54,864 nt of DNA from an uncultured virus (IMG/VR IMGVR_UViG_3300009667_000002). Taxonomy: Duplodnaviria > Heunggongvirae > Uroviricota > Caudoviricetes. The stretch covers positions 62,001 to 116,864 of the IMG/VR virus record IMGVR_UViG_3300009667_000002; one strand, written 5' to 3'. This document shows, one piece after another, positions 21,006-30,402 of this stretch. Below the pieces are notes generated by a model. That model searched no databases and was not told where the DNA came from. It saw only the letters and a program-made list of their open reading frames with translations. Position 1 is the first letter of the stretch. Each line of letters opens with the position of its first letter. Both the position numbers and the translations under genes were made by a program.

Positions 21006-21287
21006 ATGAATATTAATTCTAACATAAAAAATGTAGACCTACAATTCATTTTTAACGAAATTGCTTCAAATATTCATGATGAAGCAAAGGAAATTAGAAA
21101 ATCTGATGAATTGAAAAATGGTAATATTGCAATATATTCAAGTTATTTAATATATCCATCTGACGATGGAAAATATTATGCTTTTCATTATGTTGTTCAT
21201 GTTGATGAAAAAACAGAAAGATTTTATGTTGTTACATGGATTGAAACAACAGAAGACGAATATTTGGATTCTTTAAAATTTAATTAA
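21006..21287 (+). CDS. Hypothetical protein
   Basis: 93-aa ORF after the late-type motif at 20987. Confidence 0.55.
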   Translation: MNINSNIKNVDLQFIFNEIASNIHDEAKEIRKSDELKNGNIAIYSSYLIYPSDDGKYYAFHYVVHVDEKTERFYVVTWIETTEDEYLDSLKFN

Positions 21288-21297
21288 TTTTTGTAAA

Positions 21298-21873
21298 ATG
21301 AAATTAAATTTATTATTACATATATTAAATAAAAAACAAAAAAAAATAATAGATGATGATATTAAATTAATATTAAGTAGATGTAATAGTATTGCACAAA
21401 AAGAATATATTGAACTTAAAGAAACTAAAAAAAAACATGATAGTAAATGTCCTAATTGTGGTTCTTGTGAAAATATTGTAAATAAAATTTCATATGTTTA
21501 TGGTAAAACAAATACTACAAATACAATTATTTTTGGTTTTACTTTAAATAAAATAGAAAATAATATTGAAACACAAGAAATTAATCATTGTAATAAATGT
21601 GGAAATCAATGGACAAAAGGAAGAATAAAATATATTTCAGGTAGTGATATATTAAGAGTTACATTAAATTATCTATTTGAAACATTAAATAATTCAAATA
21701 ATGAAGATTGTGATTGGAAATTGGATGCTGTTAAAGTGTTTGATGGTTGTTATGCGGAATCTATTTTTAAGTTAAAAAAGAAAAATTATGAAAAACTTCA
21801 TAACGACACAAGAAAATATTTAACTCTTAAATTATTGAAAAGTAAGTATAAATCAATCTATAATAAAAAATAA
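21298..21873 (+). CDS. Zinc-ribbon-containing hypothetical protein
   Basis: CPNCG and CNKCG pairs. Confidence 0.6.
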   Translation: MKLNLLLHILNKKQKKIIDDDIKLILSRCNSIAQKEYIELKETKKKHDSKCPNCGSCENIVNKISYVYGKTNTTNTIIFGFTLNKIENNIETQEINHCNKCGNQWTKGRIKYISGSDILRVTLNYLFETLNNSNNEDCDWKLDAVKVFDGCYAESIFKLKKKNYEKLHNDTRKYLTLKLLKSKYKSIYNKK

Positions 21874-21881
21874 TTATATTT

Positions 21882-22355
21882 TTGAAAACATCTGATATTG
21901 AATTTGCTGTTGCAAAATATTTTAATTTTAGAAAAAATTTAATAGTTCCTAACGTTTCATGGGGATTTAATATACATGAATGTGATTTATTAATAGTTAG
22001 AAAAAGTGGATATGCTATTGAGGTTGAAATTAAAATAAGTAAATCTGATTTTAAAGCAGATTTTAAGAAAATACATAAACATATAGATATAGATAATAGA
22101 ATTTGTGAATTTTATTATGCATTACCACAAAAAATATATGATAATTGTAAAAATTTAATACCAAATAATGCTGGTGTGATTGTGTGTGATGAATATGTTG
22201 GAAATAATACAAAAAAACATATTTATGTAAAATTAATTCGTAAATCAAAAAGAATAAAAGGTGCTAGAAAACTAACAAACGATGAACAGTTTAAACTGCT
22301 TAGATTGGGTAATATGAGAATTTGGAATTTAAAAAAGAAATTATTAAAAACTTAG
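21882..22355 (+). CDS. PD-(D/E)xK nuclease, MmcB-like
   Basis: ECDLL...EVEIKISKSDFKAD, FYYALP, AGVI motifs. Confidence 0.7.
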   Translation: MKTSDIEFAVAKYFNFRKNLIVPNVSWGFNIHECDLLIVRKSGYAIEVEIKISKSDFKADFKKIHKHIDIDNRICEFYYALPQKIYDNCKNLIPNNAGVIVCDEYVGNNTKKHIYVKLIRKSKRIKGARKLTNDEQFKLLRLGNMRIWNLKKKLLKT

Positions 22356-22356
22356 A

Positions 22357-22388
22357 TTTGTTTTTAATAAATAAATTTAATATTTTTG
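22357..22388 (+). promoter_or_regulatory. Bacteroidota sigma70-type promoter
   Basis: TTTG 22357-22360, 20-nt spacer, TATTTTTG 22381-22388. Confidence 0.55.
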
Positions 22389-22408
22389 TTTCTTAAAATA
22401 GAATATTT

Positions 22409-22675
22409 ATGAAAAATATTAGGGGTTTAGATTTAATTAATTTAGGTTTTGAGGAAAATATAGTAACACCAGAAGAATCTGGTTGTAATAAAGAATTTAC
22501 TTTTTACACTTTTGATATTGGTGATAATTGTTTATTTATAAGCGATGCTTCGGATGAAAATGATGGTAATTATACCATATCATTCTTTGAATTTGAAAAA
22601 AATATTGCAATTACCAATTTAAATGAATTAAAAGAACTTTTATTAATCATTAAACGAAATATACGTGAAGGATAA
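22409..22675 (+). CDS. Hypothetical protein
   Basis: 88-aa ORF. Confidence 0.55.
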   Translation: MKNIRGLDLINLGFEENIVTPEESGCNKEFTFYTFDIGDNCLFISDASDENDGNYTISFFEFEKNIAITNLNELKELLLIIKRNIREG

Positions 22676-24074
22676 TCAATTATTACTTCCCAATGGTAAA
22701 TTAATTACATTCAATAATGAACAAACAGATGCTTTAAATAAAATAAAGCATTGGTTAATGAATGGTGATTTATTTTTTACCTTATCTGGTTATGCAGGTA
22801 CTGGTAAATCTACAATATTAAAAAAAATATTAGATAATTATAATGGTAATGTTGTTGTTAGTGCGCCAACACATAAAGCAAAAAAAGTCATTGCCAATGT
22901 TACGGGTAAAAGAGGTCAAACATTACATAGTTTACTTGGTTTAAGACCCGATGTAAATTTGGATGATTTTAATCCAAATGACCCGCAATTCAATCCAATT
23001 GCAGAACCTAAAATAACTGATTTTTCGTTTGTTGTTATAGATGAAGCATCAATGATTAATCAAGAATTATATAAACTTATTCATAGTAATGTTTTAAATT
23101 CTAAAACCAAAGTATTGTTTGTTGGTGACCCCGCACAAATACCACCTGTTGGTGAAAAGGAAAGCGTTGTTTTTAATCAAGAAATGGATGATAAAACTTA
23201 TCATCATTTAAGTAAAATTGAAAGGCAAAATGATACCAATCCCATTACTTTTGTATATGATGCATTAAGAAACAATTTAAATAAATTGGATGGTGGTTTT
23301 AAAAGAATAAGTAATATAAATGATAATGGTGAGGGTATTGTTTTTTTAAAAGACAAACGTAAATTTAGAAATTTAATATTGGAAAAATTTAAAGATGATG
23401 AATTTAAAAAAGATACGGATTTTTGTAAGGTAATTGCATGGAAAAATGATACTGTAATGAAATCCAATTCAATAATTAGAAAAGAATTATTGGGTGATAA
23501 AAGTGATGTTATTGAAGTTAATGATATTATAATGGGTTATCGTAGCATTAGCAATGAAAGTCAAAAATATAATATTATTGAAAATAGTGCAGATTATCAT
23601 GTTGTTGGTAAATCAAATCTGGAAGAAAATAGGTATGAAATTTTGGGTTATCGTGTTAAATTAAGAGAAACATTGGGTAAGGGATTGTTTAATTTTCAAG
23701 ATGTTTTCATTATAGATTCCAATAATCACGATAATTTACATAAATATGCAGAAATGCATGATTTTTTACGAGATATTTCTAAAACCAATAAAAAATTCTG
23801 GTCTAAATATTATGATTTTAGACGTGAAAATTTACTAATGAAAACAATTACTGAATATAGGAATGGTGATAAGAGAAGTGGTTATGATGTAATTATAAAA
23901 GATTTAGATTATGGATATGCAATAACTGGTCATAAATCACAGGGAAGTACATATACCCATGTTTTTGTTATGGAAAATGATATTAATGATAATTGGTTAC
24001 TAAAAGAACGAAATCAAATAAAATATGTGGCATTAACAAGACCAACAATATCTGCAACAGTTTTAATTAATTAA
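22665..24074 (+). CDS. SF1B DNA helicase, Dda/RecD-like
   Basis: GYAGTGKS, APTHKA, TLHSLL, IDEASM, VGDPAQIPPV, YAITGHKSQGSTY, YVALTR. Confidence 0.92.
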   Translation: MKDNQLLLPNGKLITFNNEQTDALNKIKHWLMNGDLFFTLSGYAGTGKSTILKKILDNYNGNVVVSAPTHKAKKVIANVTGKRGQTLHSLLGLRPDVNLDDFNPNDPQFNPIAEPKITDFSFVVIDEASMINQELYKLIHSNVLNSKTKVLFVGDPAQIPPVGEKESVVFNQEMDDKTYHHLSKIERQNDTNPITFVYDALRNNLNKLDGGFKRISNINDNGEGIVFLKDKRKFRNLILEKFKDDEFKKDTDFCKVIAWKNDTVMKSNSIIRKELLGDKSDVIEVNDIIMGYRSISNESQKYNIIENSADYHVVGKSNLEENRYEILGYRVKLRETLGKGLFNFQDVFIIDSNNHDNLHKYAEMHDFLRDISKTNKKFWSKYYDFRRENLLMKTITEYRNGDKRSGYDVIIKDLDYGYAITGHKSQGSTYTHVFVMENDINDNWLLKERNQIKYVALTRPTISATVLIN

Positions 24075-24082
24075 AATAAAAT

Positions 24083-24394
24083 ATGAAAATAAAAAATTTT
24101 ACACACGGTATTTTGGTATTAAACCCAAAACTAGAAAAGGATGGTAAAATACCTGTTGTTCATTTTTTGGGTTTGTGGAAAGAACCCAATGAAAATGATT
24201 TTGAAAATTTAAAGGATGAATTAAGAAATGATTCTCAATATGAATTGAATGATGTTGTAGATGATTTAGAATTTATTCTTGCTGATGAAGAAACAATCGA
24301 ATTCTACAATGAATTGGTGAAAAATGATGAAGTAGATTTTATTATTCATAGAAATGATGAAAATGGTTTACTTGATAATATTACATTAAATTAA
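24083..24394 (+). CDS. Acidic hypothetical protein
   Basis: 103-aa ORF. Confidence 0.55.
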   Translation: MKIKNFTHGILVLNPKLEKDGKIPVVHFLGLWKEPNENDFENLKDELRNDSQYELNDVVDDLEFILADEETIEFYNELVKNDEVDFIIHRNDENGLLDNITLN

Positions 24395-24516
24395 AAATTT
24401 GTTTTTATTTTAAATTAATATTAAATTTTGTATATATTCTAATCATTATTTTTTAAACCAATATCATCTATTATTGTCAATATATTTTTTATAATAATTT
24501 TATTTGGTAATTTAAA

Positions 24517-24870
24517 ATGAATGAATTTGTAAAAATACTTAAGTTTAATAAAGAATCTAATGGTAAATGGTATATTGATTTACCTAAATGGAAGGGTAAA
24601 AAATCTGCATTACAAATGGTTTGTGGTGCAGATAAACTATTGGATATTATTTCAAATCATTCAAATTCTGTTGAAATTTTTATTCATTATGAAAATTTTG
24701 ATGGTGCTTCTTTATTAAAAAAGAAAAGAAATTGTTGGTTTAATGGTGCTGATTATACTATTGAAAAATATAAGAACAATAATATTAATTTAAAGGTTTG
24801 GTTGTGCAATGTTACAAAATATGTTTTGGGTTTTTTTCCTGATGAAATATATTTTGCTAAATATAAATAA
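24517..24870 (+). CDS. Hypothetical protein (DUF6717-like)
   Basis: WYIDLP, MVCGADKLLD, WLCNVT..V.G.FP..IY motifs. Confidence 0.55.
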   Translation: MNEFVKILKFNKESNGKWYIDLPKWKGKKSALQMVCGADKLLDIISNHSNSVEIFIHYENFDGASLLKKKRNCWFNGADYTIEKYKNNNINLKVWLCNVTKYVLGFFPDEIYFAKYK

Positions 24871-24955
24871 AAAAAGTAAATTATGTGAATTAAATCCCTT
24901 TTTTATTTTAAAATTGGTGAATATTAAATTAATATTTTAAATTTATAAAAATTTT

Positions 24956-24981
24956 CGTAACATTTAAAAATTTAATTCGTA
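24956..24981 (+). promoter_or_regulatory. ECF-like promoter (CGTAAC-N16-CGTA variant)
   Basis: GTAACA 24957-24962, CGTA 24978-24981. Confidence 0.65.
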
Positions 24982-24990
24982 ATTTAATAT

Positions 24991-25377
24991 ATGAAAAAAA
25001 CATTAATTATATGTCGTGGTTTGCCAGGTTCAGGTAAGACTACATTTAGCAAACTAATTGGAAAAGCAATTTGTAGTGCTGATGATTATTTTATGCATAA
25101 TGGAGAATATTGTTGGGATAAAGAAAAAATATATGATGCTCATGCTTGGTGTATTAAAAAATGCGAAAGATTTATGAAAATTAATGCATTAAAAATTATC
25201 ATTGCCAATACTAATACAACAACAAAAGAAATGCAACCATATATTGAACTTGCTAATATATATGGATATGATATTTTTACTATTATTGTTGAAAATAGGC
25301 ATAAGGGAAAAAATATACATGATGTACCAGAAGAAACAATTGAAAAAATGAAAAATAGGTTTGAAATTGTATTATAA
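24991..25377 (+). CDS. P-loop kinase (AAA_33, polynucleotide-kinase-like)
   Basis: RGLPGSGKTT, SADDYF, ANTNT, NIHDVP motifs. Confidence 0.85.
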   Translation: MKKTLIICRGLPGSGKTTFSKLIGKAICSADDYFMHNGEYCWDKEKIYDAHAWCIKKCERFMKINALKIIIANTNTTTKEMQPYIELANIYGYDIFTIIVENRHKGKNIHDVPEETIEKMKNRFEIVL

Positions 25378-25399
25378 AAGTTAAATATATATATTATTT

Positions 25400-25433
25400 A
25401 AATCCCATATAAAAAAAACATATGGGATTTTTT
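25400..25433 (+). terminator. Intrinsic terminator
   Basis: AAATCCCATAT...ATATGGGATTT followed by T residues. Confidence 0.7.
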
Positions 25434-25482
25434 GTTTATTATAATCATAAAGTTTCTTTAGTATTTATAAAAAAATATTTTA

Positions 25483-25717
25483 ATGATTAATAATTTAAAA
25501 AAAATCAATTTTATGTAAAATAACCTAAAGAATTTAATATTTTATAATAAAAGAACATTTTTAATAATTAAAAAGGGAGTGGAAAAAATTTATCATACGA
25601 TATTCAATAATAATATACCAAAAAAATGAATTGGATAAAATTATAAATGAAATGAATGGTATTCTTTTTAAATTAAAAGAATTTACAGAAAAACAATTAG
25701 TCAAAAATTTTTAAAAA
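25483..25717 (+). pseudogene. Scar of leader-tagged gene(s): MINNLKKINFM* plus broken coding-like sequence
   Basis: ATG 14 nt after the late-type motif; 25475-25507 is identical to 26441-26473. Confidence 0.55.
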
Positions 25718-26362
25718 ATGAAAAACATAAATAAAATAATAAATAATACAATTCATGAATATTTAAATGAAAATTTAAGTAATGAAATTAAACAACTACA
25801 AAGAGAATTAAATTATTTAGAAAATGTAGAATTAGAAAGAGCAAGAAAAAAACGAAATTTTGATTTATTTGATGAAATTGTTAATAAAATAAAAAAAATA
25901 CAAAAAATTTTATATTTTTTGACTGGTGATAGTTATGGTGAAAATAAACAAAAAGAACGAAATATAAAACCAAAGGGTTTAAATGATAAATATGATTATC
26001 CAACAGATGTTCCTAAAAATATTTATAGGTGGATATTATACAATCAATCGTTGTTATATTCAGATGCCACTGATGCAGTTAGATGGAGTAGAATAATAAA
26101 CACAAAAAATGAACCTAGATATAGTGGAAGTATTACAATTTATAGGGCAGTTGATAATGATAATTATAATGAGATTCGTGAAGGTGATTGGGTTACTATA
26201 AATAAAAAATATGCAATTGAACATAATAATAGGTATTTTAATGGAAATGGAAAAATATTATCTTTAGAAGTTAATGGCAGGGATGTTTTAAAATCACCAA
26301 CTGGTGATTATAATGAAGCCATATATGCACCGTTAAAATATTCAATAGATGTTAAACTATAA
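25718..26362 (+). CDS. Leader-tagged protein with ADP-ribosyltransferase-like domain
   Basis: Leader MKNINKIINNTIHEYLNE; ITIYRAV...GDWVTINKKYA...NEAIY. Confidence 0.55.
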   Translation: MKNINKIINNTIHEYLNENLSNEIKQLQRELNYLENVELERARKKRNFDLFDEIVNKIKKIQKILYFLTGDSYGENKQKERNIKPKGLNDKYDYPTDVPKNIYRWILYNQSLLYSDATDAVRWSRIINTKNEPRYSGSITIYRAVDNDNYNEIREGDWVTINKKYAIEHNNRYFNGNGKILSLEVNGRDVLKSPTGDYNEAIYAPLKYSIDVKL

Positions 26363-27054
26363 TTATGAAAAGCATAAAAAAAATAATTAATTCTATAATT
26401 AAAGAATATTTAAACGAAAATAGAGATATTTTAAATAAAGATATTTTAATGATTAATAATTTAAAAAAAATCATACTTGAAACAATAAAAGAAATTGATG
26501 GTGATATTCATTTTAATGATAAACAAAATAATAATTATATTCATTGGAATGAACTAACATTATCAACTAAAAATGATATATGTGAAAATCTAAGGAATAA
26601 TATAAAATATTTACAAAACAACTATTGGAATAGTGAAGCATTAAGAGATATGATTGAAGATTCAATTATTCAACCAACATTTAAAATAGAATATAAAAAT
26701 GTAAATGAATTATATAAAGAATTATTGGATATTGGTTGGAATATTAGCAGTCTTAATTTAAACCATTTAATTAATAAAATAAGAAATAATGTACAACTAG
26801 ACCCTATACTATTGAATAATAATAAATTTTATGATGGTGGTCATAGATTAACAGCATATAAAAAATTAGGAATTAATAAAATACCCACGATAGATATTGG
26901 AAATTTGTTAAATTTTGATTGGGAAAAATGGGATAATGGGGAAATATCTTTTTAATACCATGAATTTATTATGAAAAGCATAAAAAAAATAATTAATTCT
27001 ATAATTAAAGAATATTTAAACGAAAATAGAAATATTTTAAATAAAGATATTTTA
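26362..27054 (+). repeat. 87-bp direct repeat pair (26362-26448 and 26968-27054, one mismatch) encoding the shared leader
   Basis: Direct comparison; only GAT vs AAT at codon 21 differs. Confidence 0.9.
26365..26955 (+). CDS. Leader-tagged protein with ParB/sulfiredoxin-like domain (double leader)
   Basis: MKSIKKIINSIIKEYLNE then MINNLKKIILETIKE; DPILL...YDGGHRLTAYKKLG. Confidence 0.7.
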   Translation: MKSIKKIINSIIKEYLNENRDILNKDILMINNLKKIILETIKEIDGDIHFNDKQNNNYIHWNELTLSTKNDICENLRNNIKYLQNNYWNSEALRDMIEDSIIQPTFKIEYKNVNELYKELLDIGWNISSLNLNHLINKIRNNVQLDPILLNNNKFYDGGHRLTAYKKLGINKIPTIDIGNLLNFDWEKWDNGEISF

Positions 27055-27576
27055 CCTAATTATTTATATCATGTAACAACAAACTATAATGATGTTATTA
27101 AATCTGGAATATTATTGGCAAAATCTGGTTTAGATTCTGGTGGTTTGGGTGGTACTGAAAGTATTGGTGTTTCTTTTGTTTCTGATATAAATATAGCAAA
27201 AAATATCTATAATGAATTAAATTTAATTAACAATATTAACAATTCGAAAAATGAAAAAGAAGTTTTAAAAATAATAAATAATATTGATGATGGGGAAAGA
27301 AAAAATTTTATATTAACTGAATATAATAGAACAATTGATGTTTATATGAATTTTAAAACTGCTGCTTTAATGGCAATTAGATTAAGTAGAAATTCATTAA
27401 ATTTTTATGATAAACCATATTATGGTATTATTATTTTTAATGAAGATAATATAATAAATAAGGATATTGGAATTATTAAAATCCACAAAAATAAAATTCC
27501 CAATGATGTAAAAATAATTGAAGGGGTTGATAAAAATTTAGGTGAAATTAGGGTTTTAGGTGATATCAAATTATAA
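26971..27576 (+). CDS. Leader-tagged protein with ADP-ribosyltransferase-like domain
   Basis: YLYHVTT...IKSGIL, GVSFVSD...A, GEIRV. Confidence 0.5.
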   Translation: MKSIKKIINSIIKEYLNENRNILNKDILPNYLYHVTTNYNDVIKSGILLAKSGLDSGGLGGTESIGVSFVSDINIAKNIYNELNLINNINNSKNEKEVLKIINNIDDGERKNFILTEYNRTIDVYMNFKTAALMAIRLSRNSLNFYDKPYYGIIIFNEDNIINKDIGIIKIHKNKIPNDVKIIEGVDKNLGEIRVLGDIKL

Positions 27577-27578
27577 AT

Positions 27579-28049
27579 ATGAAAAACATTAAAAATATAG
27601 TTAATTCTATAATTCAAGAATATTTAAACGAACAAGAATCTAAACAGCATGATTTTTTTAAAAAAGATATTACTGGTATGGCATTTTATGATGATATAAT
27701 TCATAATAGAAATAATAAATTTAATTTAGAATATAAAATTGTTAATTTATTAATTGATGATTATTTCAAACTAATTCATGATGAAAATGGAATATTTCAA
27801 TCTAAAGAATGGCATTTAAATAATAAAAATTCCATGTTAAACGAAAAAATATTTAAAATAGTAGAAAATATGAAAAGGGGTATTAAATATGATATCCCTG
27901 TTTATGATTTTAGAGATGGTTTTCAAGAAGGTAGGCATAGATTAATTGCTGCAAGTATTTTAGGATGTAATTTTGCTCCAGTTGCATTATTTGGATATAA
28001 TATTGATTTGGAGTTAAAAATAAATGGTATTAAGGTTTATAATAATTAA
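27579..28049 (+). CDS. Leader-tagged protein with ParB/sulfiredoxin-like domain
   Basis: MKNIKNIVNSIIQEYLNE; IPVYD...QEGRHRLIAASILG...PV. Confidence 0.65.
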   Translation: MKNIKNIVNSIIQEYLNEQESKQHDFFKKDITGMAFYDDIIHNRNNKFNLEYKIVNLLIDDYFKLIHDENGIFQSKEWHLNNKNSMLNEKIFKIVENMKRGIKYDIPVYDFRDGFQEGRHRLIAASILGCNFAPVALFGYNIDLELKINGIKVYNN

Positions 28050-28058
28050 TATAATATT

Positions 28059-28703
28059 ATGAAAATTATAAAAGAAATTATTATTAATACAATTCAAGAA
28101 TATCTAAATGAACAACAACACGTAAATAAAACCTTTCTTTGTGTTGATATTCAACCAGAATATAAAAATTATATTACTTTTAATATATATGAATGGGTTG
28201 AATATATTAATAATAATATAGACAATAATAATATTGTTTTACTTTATAATGGTTATGATAGTTTAGGAATGATTACTGAATATGATTACGTTGAATGGTT
28301 GTATAATATTGGAATGGAAAAAAACACAATTGATAATTTAATTTTTTATGATAAGGGATATGCTTTTTTTAGATATTGCATAGATAATCAAATAGAAGAA
28401 GATATTATTGTTAGTTTGGTAAGATATATGATAAAAAATGATATTACTGATAGTAGAGATATTAATAAACCATTATGGGAAAAATATATAAAAGAAAATA
28501 CCAATTTAAATACCAATGAAATTAGAGAATTATTGGATATGGCTGGTGATATGATATATATTCCTGATTTGGTGGATGAATTAAAAAAATATAATAATAT
28601 CGTTCTTATGGGTGGTGGTAAGGATGAATGTCTTAAAGAAGTTGAAATTGCATTAAAAGCAATTAATAAACCATACCAAAAAGAAAATAGGTTTATTTAT
28701 TAA
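28059..28703 (+). CDS. Leader-tagged isochorismatase/nicotinamidase-like cysteine hydrolase
   Basis: MKIIKEIIINTIQEYLNE; LCVDIQ, YDKGY, IVLMGGGKDECL give a D-K-C triad pattern. Confidence 0.55.
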   Translation: MKIIKEIIINTIQEYLNEQQHVNKTFLCVDIQPEYKNYITFNIYEWVEYINNNIDNNNIVLLYNGYDSLGMITEYDYVEWLYNIGMEKNTIDNLIFYDKGYAFFRYCIDNQIEEDIIVSLVRYMIKNDITDSRDINKPLWEKYIKENTNLNTNEIRELLDMAGDMIYIPDLVDELKKYNNIVLMGGGKDECLKEVEIALKAINKPYQKENRFIY

Positions 28704-28747
28704 ATAAACACAATAAAAAAAATATAATCCATTTTTTTTCTTTTTTT

Positions 28748-28773
28748 TGTAACAATTATTAATTTTATTCGTA
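28748..28773 (+). promoter_or_regulatory. ECF-like promoter TGTAAC-N16-CGTA
   Basis: TGTAAC 28748-28753, CGTA 28770-28773. Confidence 0.75.
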
Positions 28774-28798
28774 ATATTTAGTAAAATCATTCTTTATA

Positions 28799-29266
28799 AT
28801 GAAAATATTAAAAAATATTATGAATATAATTGGAATTAATTTAACCAATAAAACAAAGTTTGATTATGTTAATATGAATGATAATAATTCTGAAACACTA
28901 ATATTATTAAAAAAGAATTTTAAATTTTTGTTAATTGAAAATAATGTACCAATAGATAAAATTAAATTTATATCCAAAGAATATTTTTACTATAATATTG
29001 AAACTAAAGAAATAAATCCAAAACAAATTGTTTTAAGTAAAAAAGAAAAGAAAAACACACCATTAATAATAAATTCAAATAAAAATATTATTAAAGTTGG
29101 TTTAAAACATTATCATTCTTTACTAAATATTTTTGAATTCATAAGAAATATGATAAAAATAAGTAAAAATGGTGTTGTGATTATGATTACTAATGAATTT
29201 TTAAACAATAATTGTGATAATATTTATATGTTAAATTTAGATGAAATAACCTATAATAATTATTAA
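28799..29266 (+). CDS. Hypothetical protein
   Basis: 155-aa ORF after a promoter. Confidence 0.5.
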   Translation: MKILKNIMNIIGINLTNKTKFDYVNMNDNNSETLILLKKNFKFLLIENNVPIDKIKFISKEYFYYNIETKEINPKQIVLSKKEKKNTPLIINSNKNIIKVGLKHYHSLLNIFEFIRNMIKISKNGVVIMITNEFLNNNCDNIYMLNLDEITYNNY

Positions 29267-29269
29267 AAT

Positions 29270-29959
29270 ATGGCAACTAAAGCATTAATATTTGTTTTAA
29301 TTTATTTTTTTATTTCATTTGGAGTAATATTTATTTCAGAAAGAATATTTTCATATTTTTTATTTTTTAAATTAGAAAAACACCCTAAAATCATTGAATT
29401 TATATTCAAAAAATTGGATGAAATATGTAAAAAAGAAAAAATATTTGTTTATGATTATTCCTATAATGAATTAAATAAAGATATTGAAAATTTTGATGAT
29501 TTAATTCTTGGTAGATATATATATACATATGATAATGAATATCAAGAAAAGATTAATGAATATATTGATATTATTAATAAACTATCGAAAAACGATGAAG
29601 AATATAAAGACTATTCAAAAACAAACAAAAATTTTAAATCCTTAGTTTTACCAAGAATTGAAATATGTAATGCATATGATAATGAAAGAATTAAATTAGG
29701 TGGGATGATAAGTTATTTTATAACATATTTACATGAATTGGGTCACCATTTTGCTTTTAAAAATATGGGTAAGCATACTGAAAGGGATGCTGATTATTAT
29801 GCATATCAAATTATTAAAAACGAATTCCCAATGTTTTTTCGTTTAATATATGATTTTAGATTTAAAAATGAAAAAATGTCCATCAAAGAAAAAATAGTTG
29901 GAATGTTTCAGTTTCTTAAATATTTAATTACAAAAAAAATAGAATATGGCAATTTATAA
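29270..29959 (+). CDS. Membrane-anchored HExxH zinc metallopeptidase-like protein (ImmA/IrrE-like)
   Basis: N-terminal TM, YLHELGHH, TERDADYYA. Confidence 0.65.
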   Translation: MATKALIFVLIYFFISFGVIFISERIFSYFLFFKLEKHPKIIEFIFKKLDEICKKEKIFVYDYSYNELNKDIENFDDLILGRYIYTYDNEYQEKINEYIDIINKLSKNDEEYKDYSKTNKNFKSLVLPRIEICNAYDNERIKLGGMISYFITYLHELGHHFAFKNMGKHTERDADYYAYQIIKNEFPMFFRLIYDFRFKNEKMSIKEKIVGMFQFLKYLITKKIEYGNL

Positions 29960-30317
29960 TTTTAATTACGAAGAAAAAAATAATAAATTTATATATAAAT
30001 CTATTGATTTATATTATAATTCATTGAATAAAAAAATTTCATTCGATAGTGGTAATTTTATAAAGGATTGGTACAATCTAAATAAATTTAAAAATAGTTT
30101 AAAAAATAATGATGTTCATTTTACACAATTAAATAATCATACTATTTTTGAAAAAGAAATTAATAATTATTATGATATTGCCTACTTAAAAAAAAATTTT
30201 TGGGGTAAATTAAAATTATATTACAATAAACCACAAAATTCAATAATGAAATTATACATACCCAATGGAATAAAATTAAAATGGAAAGAATTTTTAAAAC
30301 ATATTAACGAAAAATAG
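29946..30317 (+). CDS. Hypothetical protein
   Basis: 123-aa ORF. Confidence 0.5.
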   Translation: MAIYNFNYEEKNNKFIYKSIDLYYNSLNKKISFDSGNFIKDWYNLNKFKNSLKNNDVHFTQLNNHTIFEKEINNYYDIAYLKKNFWGKLKLYYNKPQNSIMKLYIPNGIKLKWKEFLKHINEK

Positions 30318-30325
30318 TTTTTATT

Positions 30326-30356
30326 TTTGTTTTTTAAAAAATATTCATTAATTTTG
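30326..30356 (+). promoter_or_regulatory. Bacteroidota sigma70-type promoter
   Basis: TTTG 30326-30329, 19-nt spacer, TAATTTTG 30349-30356. Confidence 0.6.
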
Positions 30357-30402
30357 TTTTTTAGATTTTGGAAAAATTATTAACAATAAAAAACATATTG
30401 TC

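Noticed and set aside
26365..28049. Partition system, based on the two ParB-like ORFs
   Set aside because: Both lack an HTH or dimerisation region, there is no ParA, and they carry the array leader, so they are treated as effector cargos
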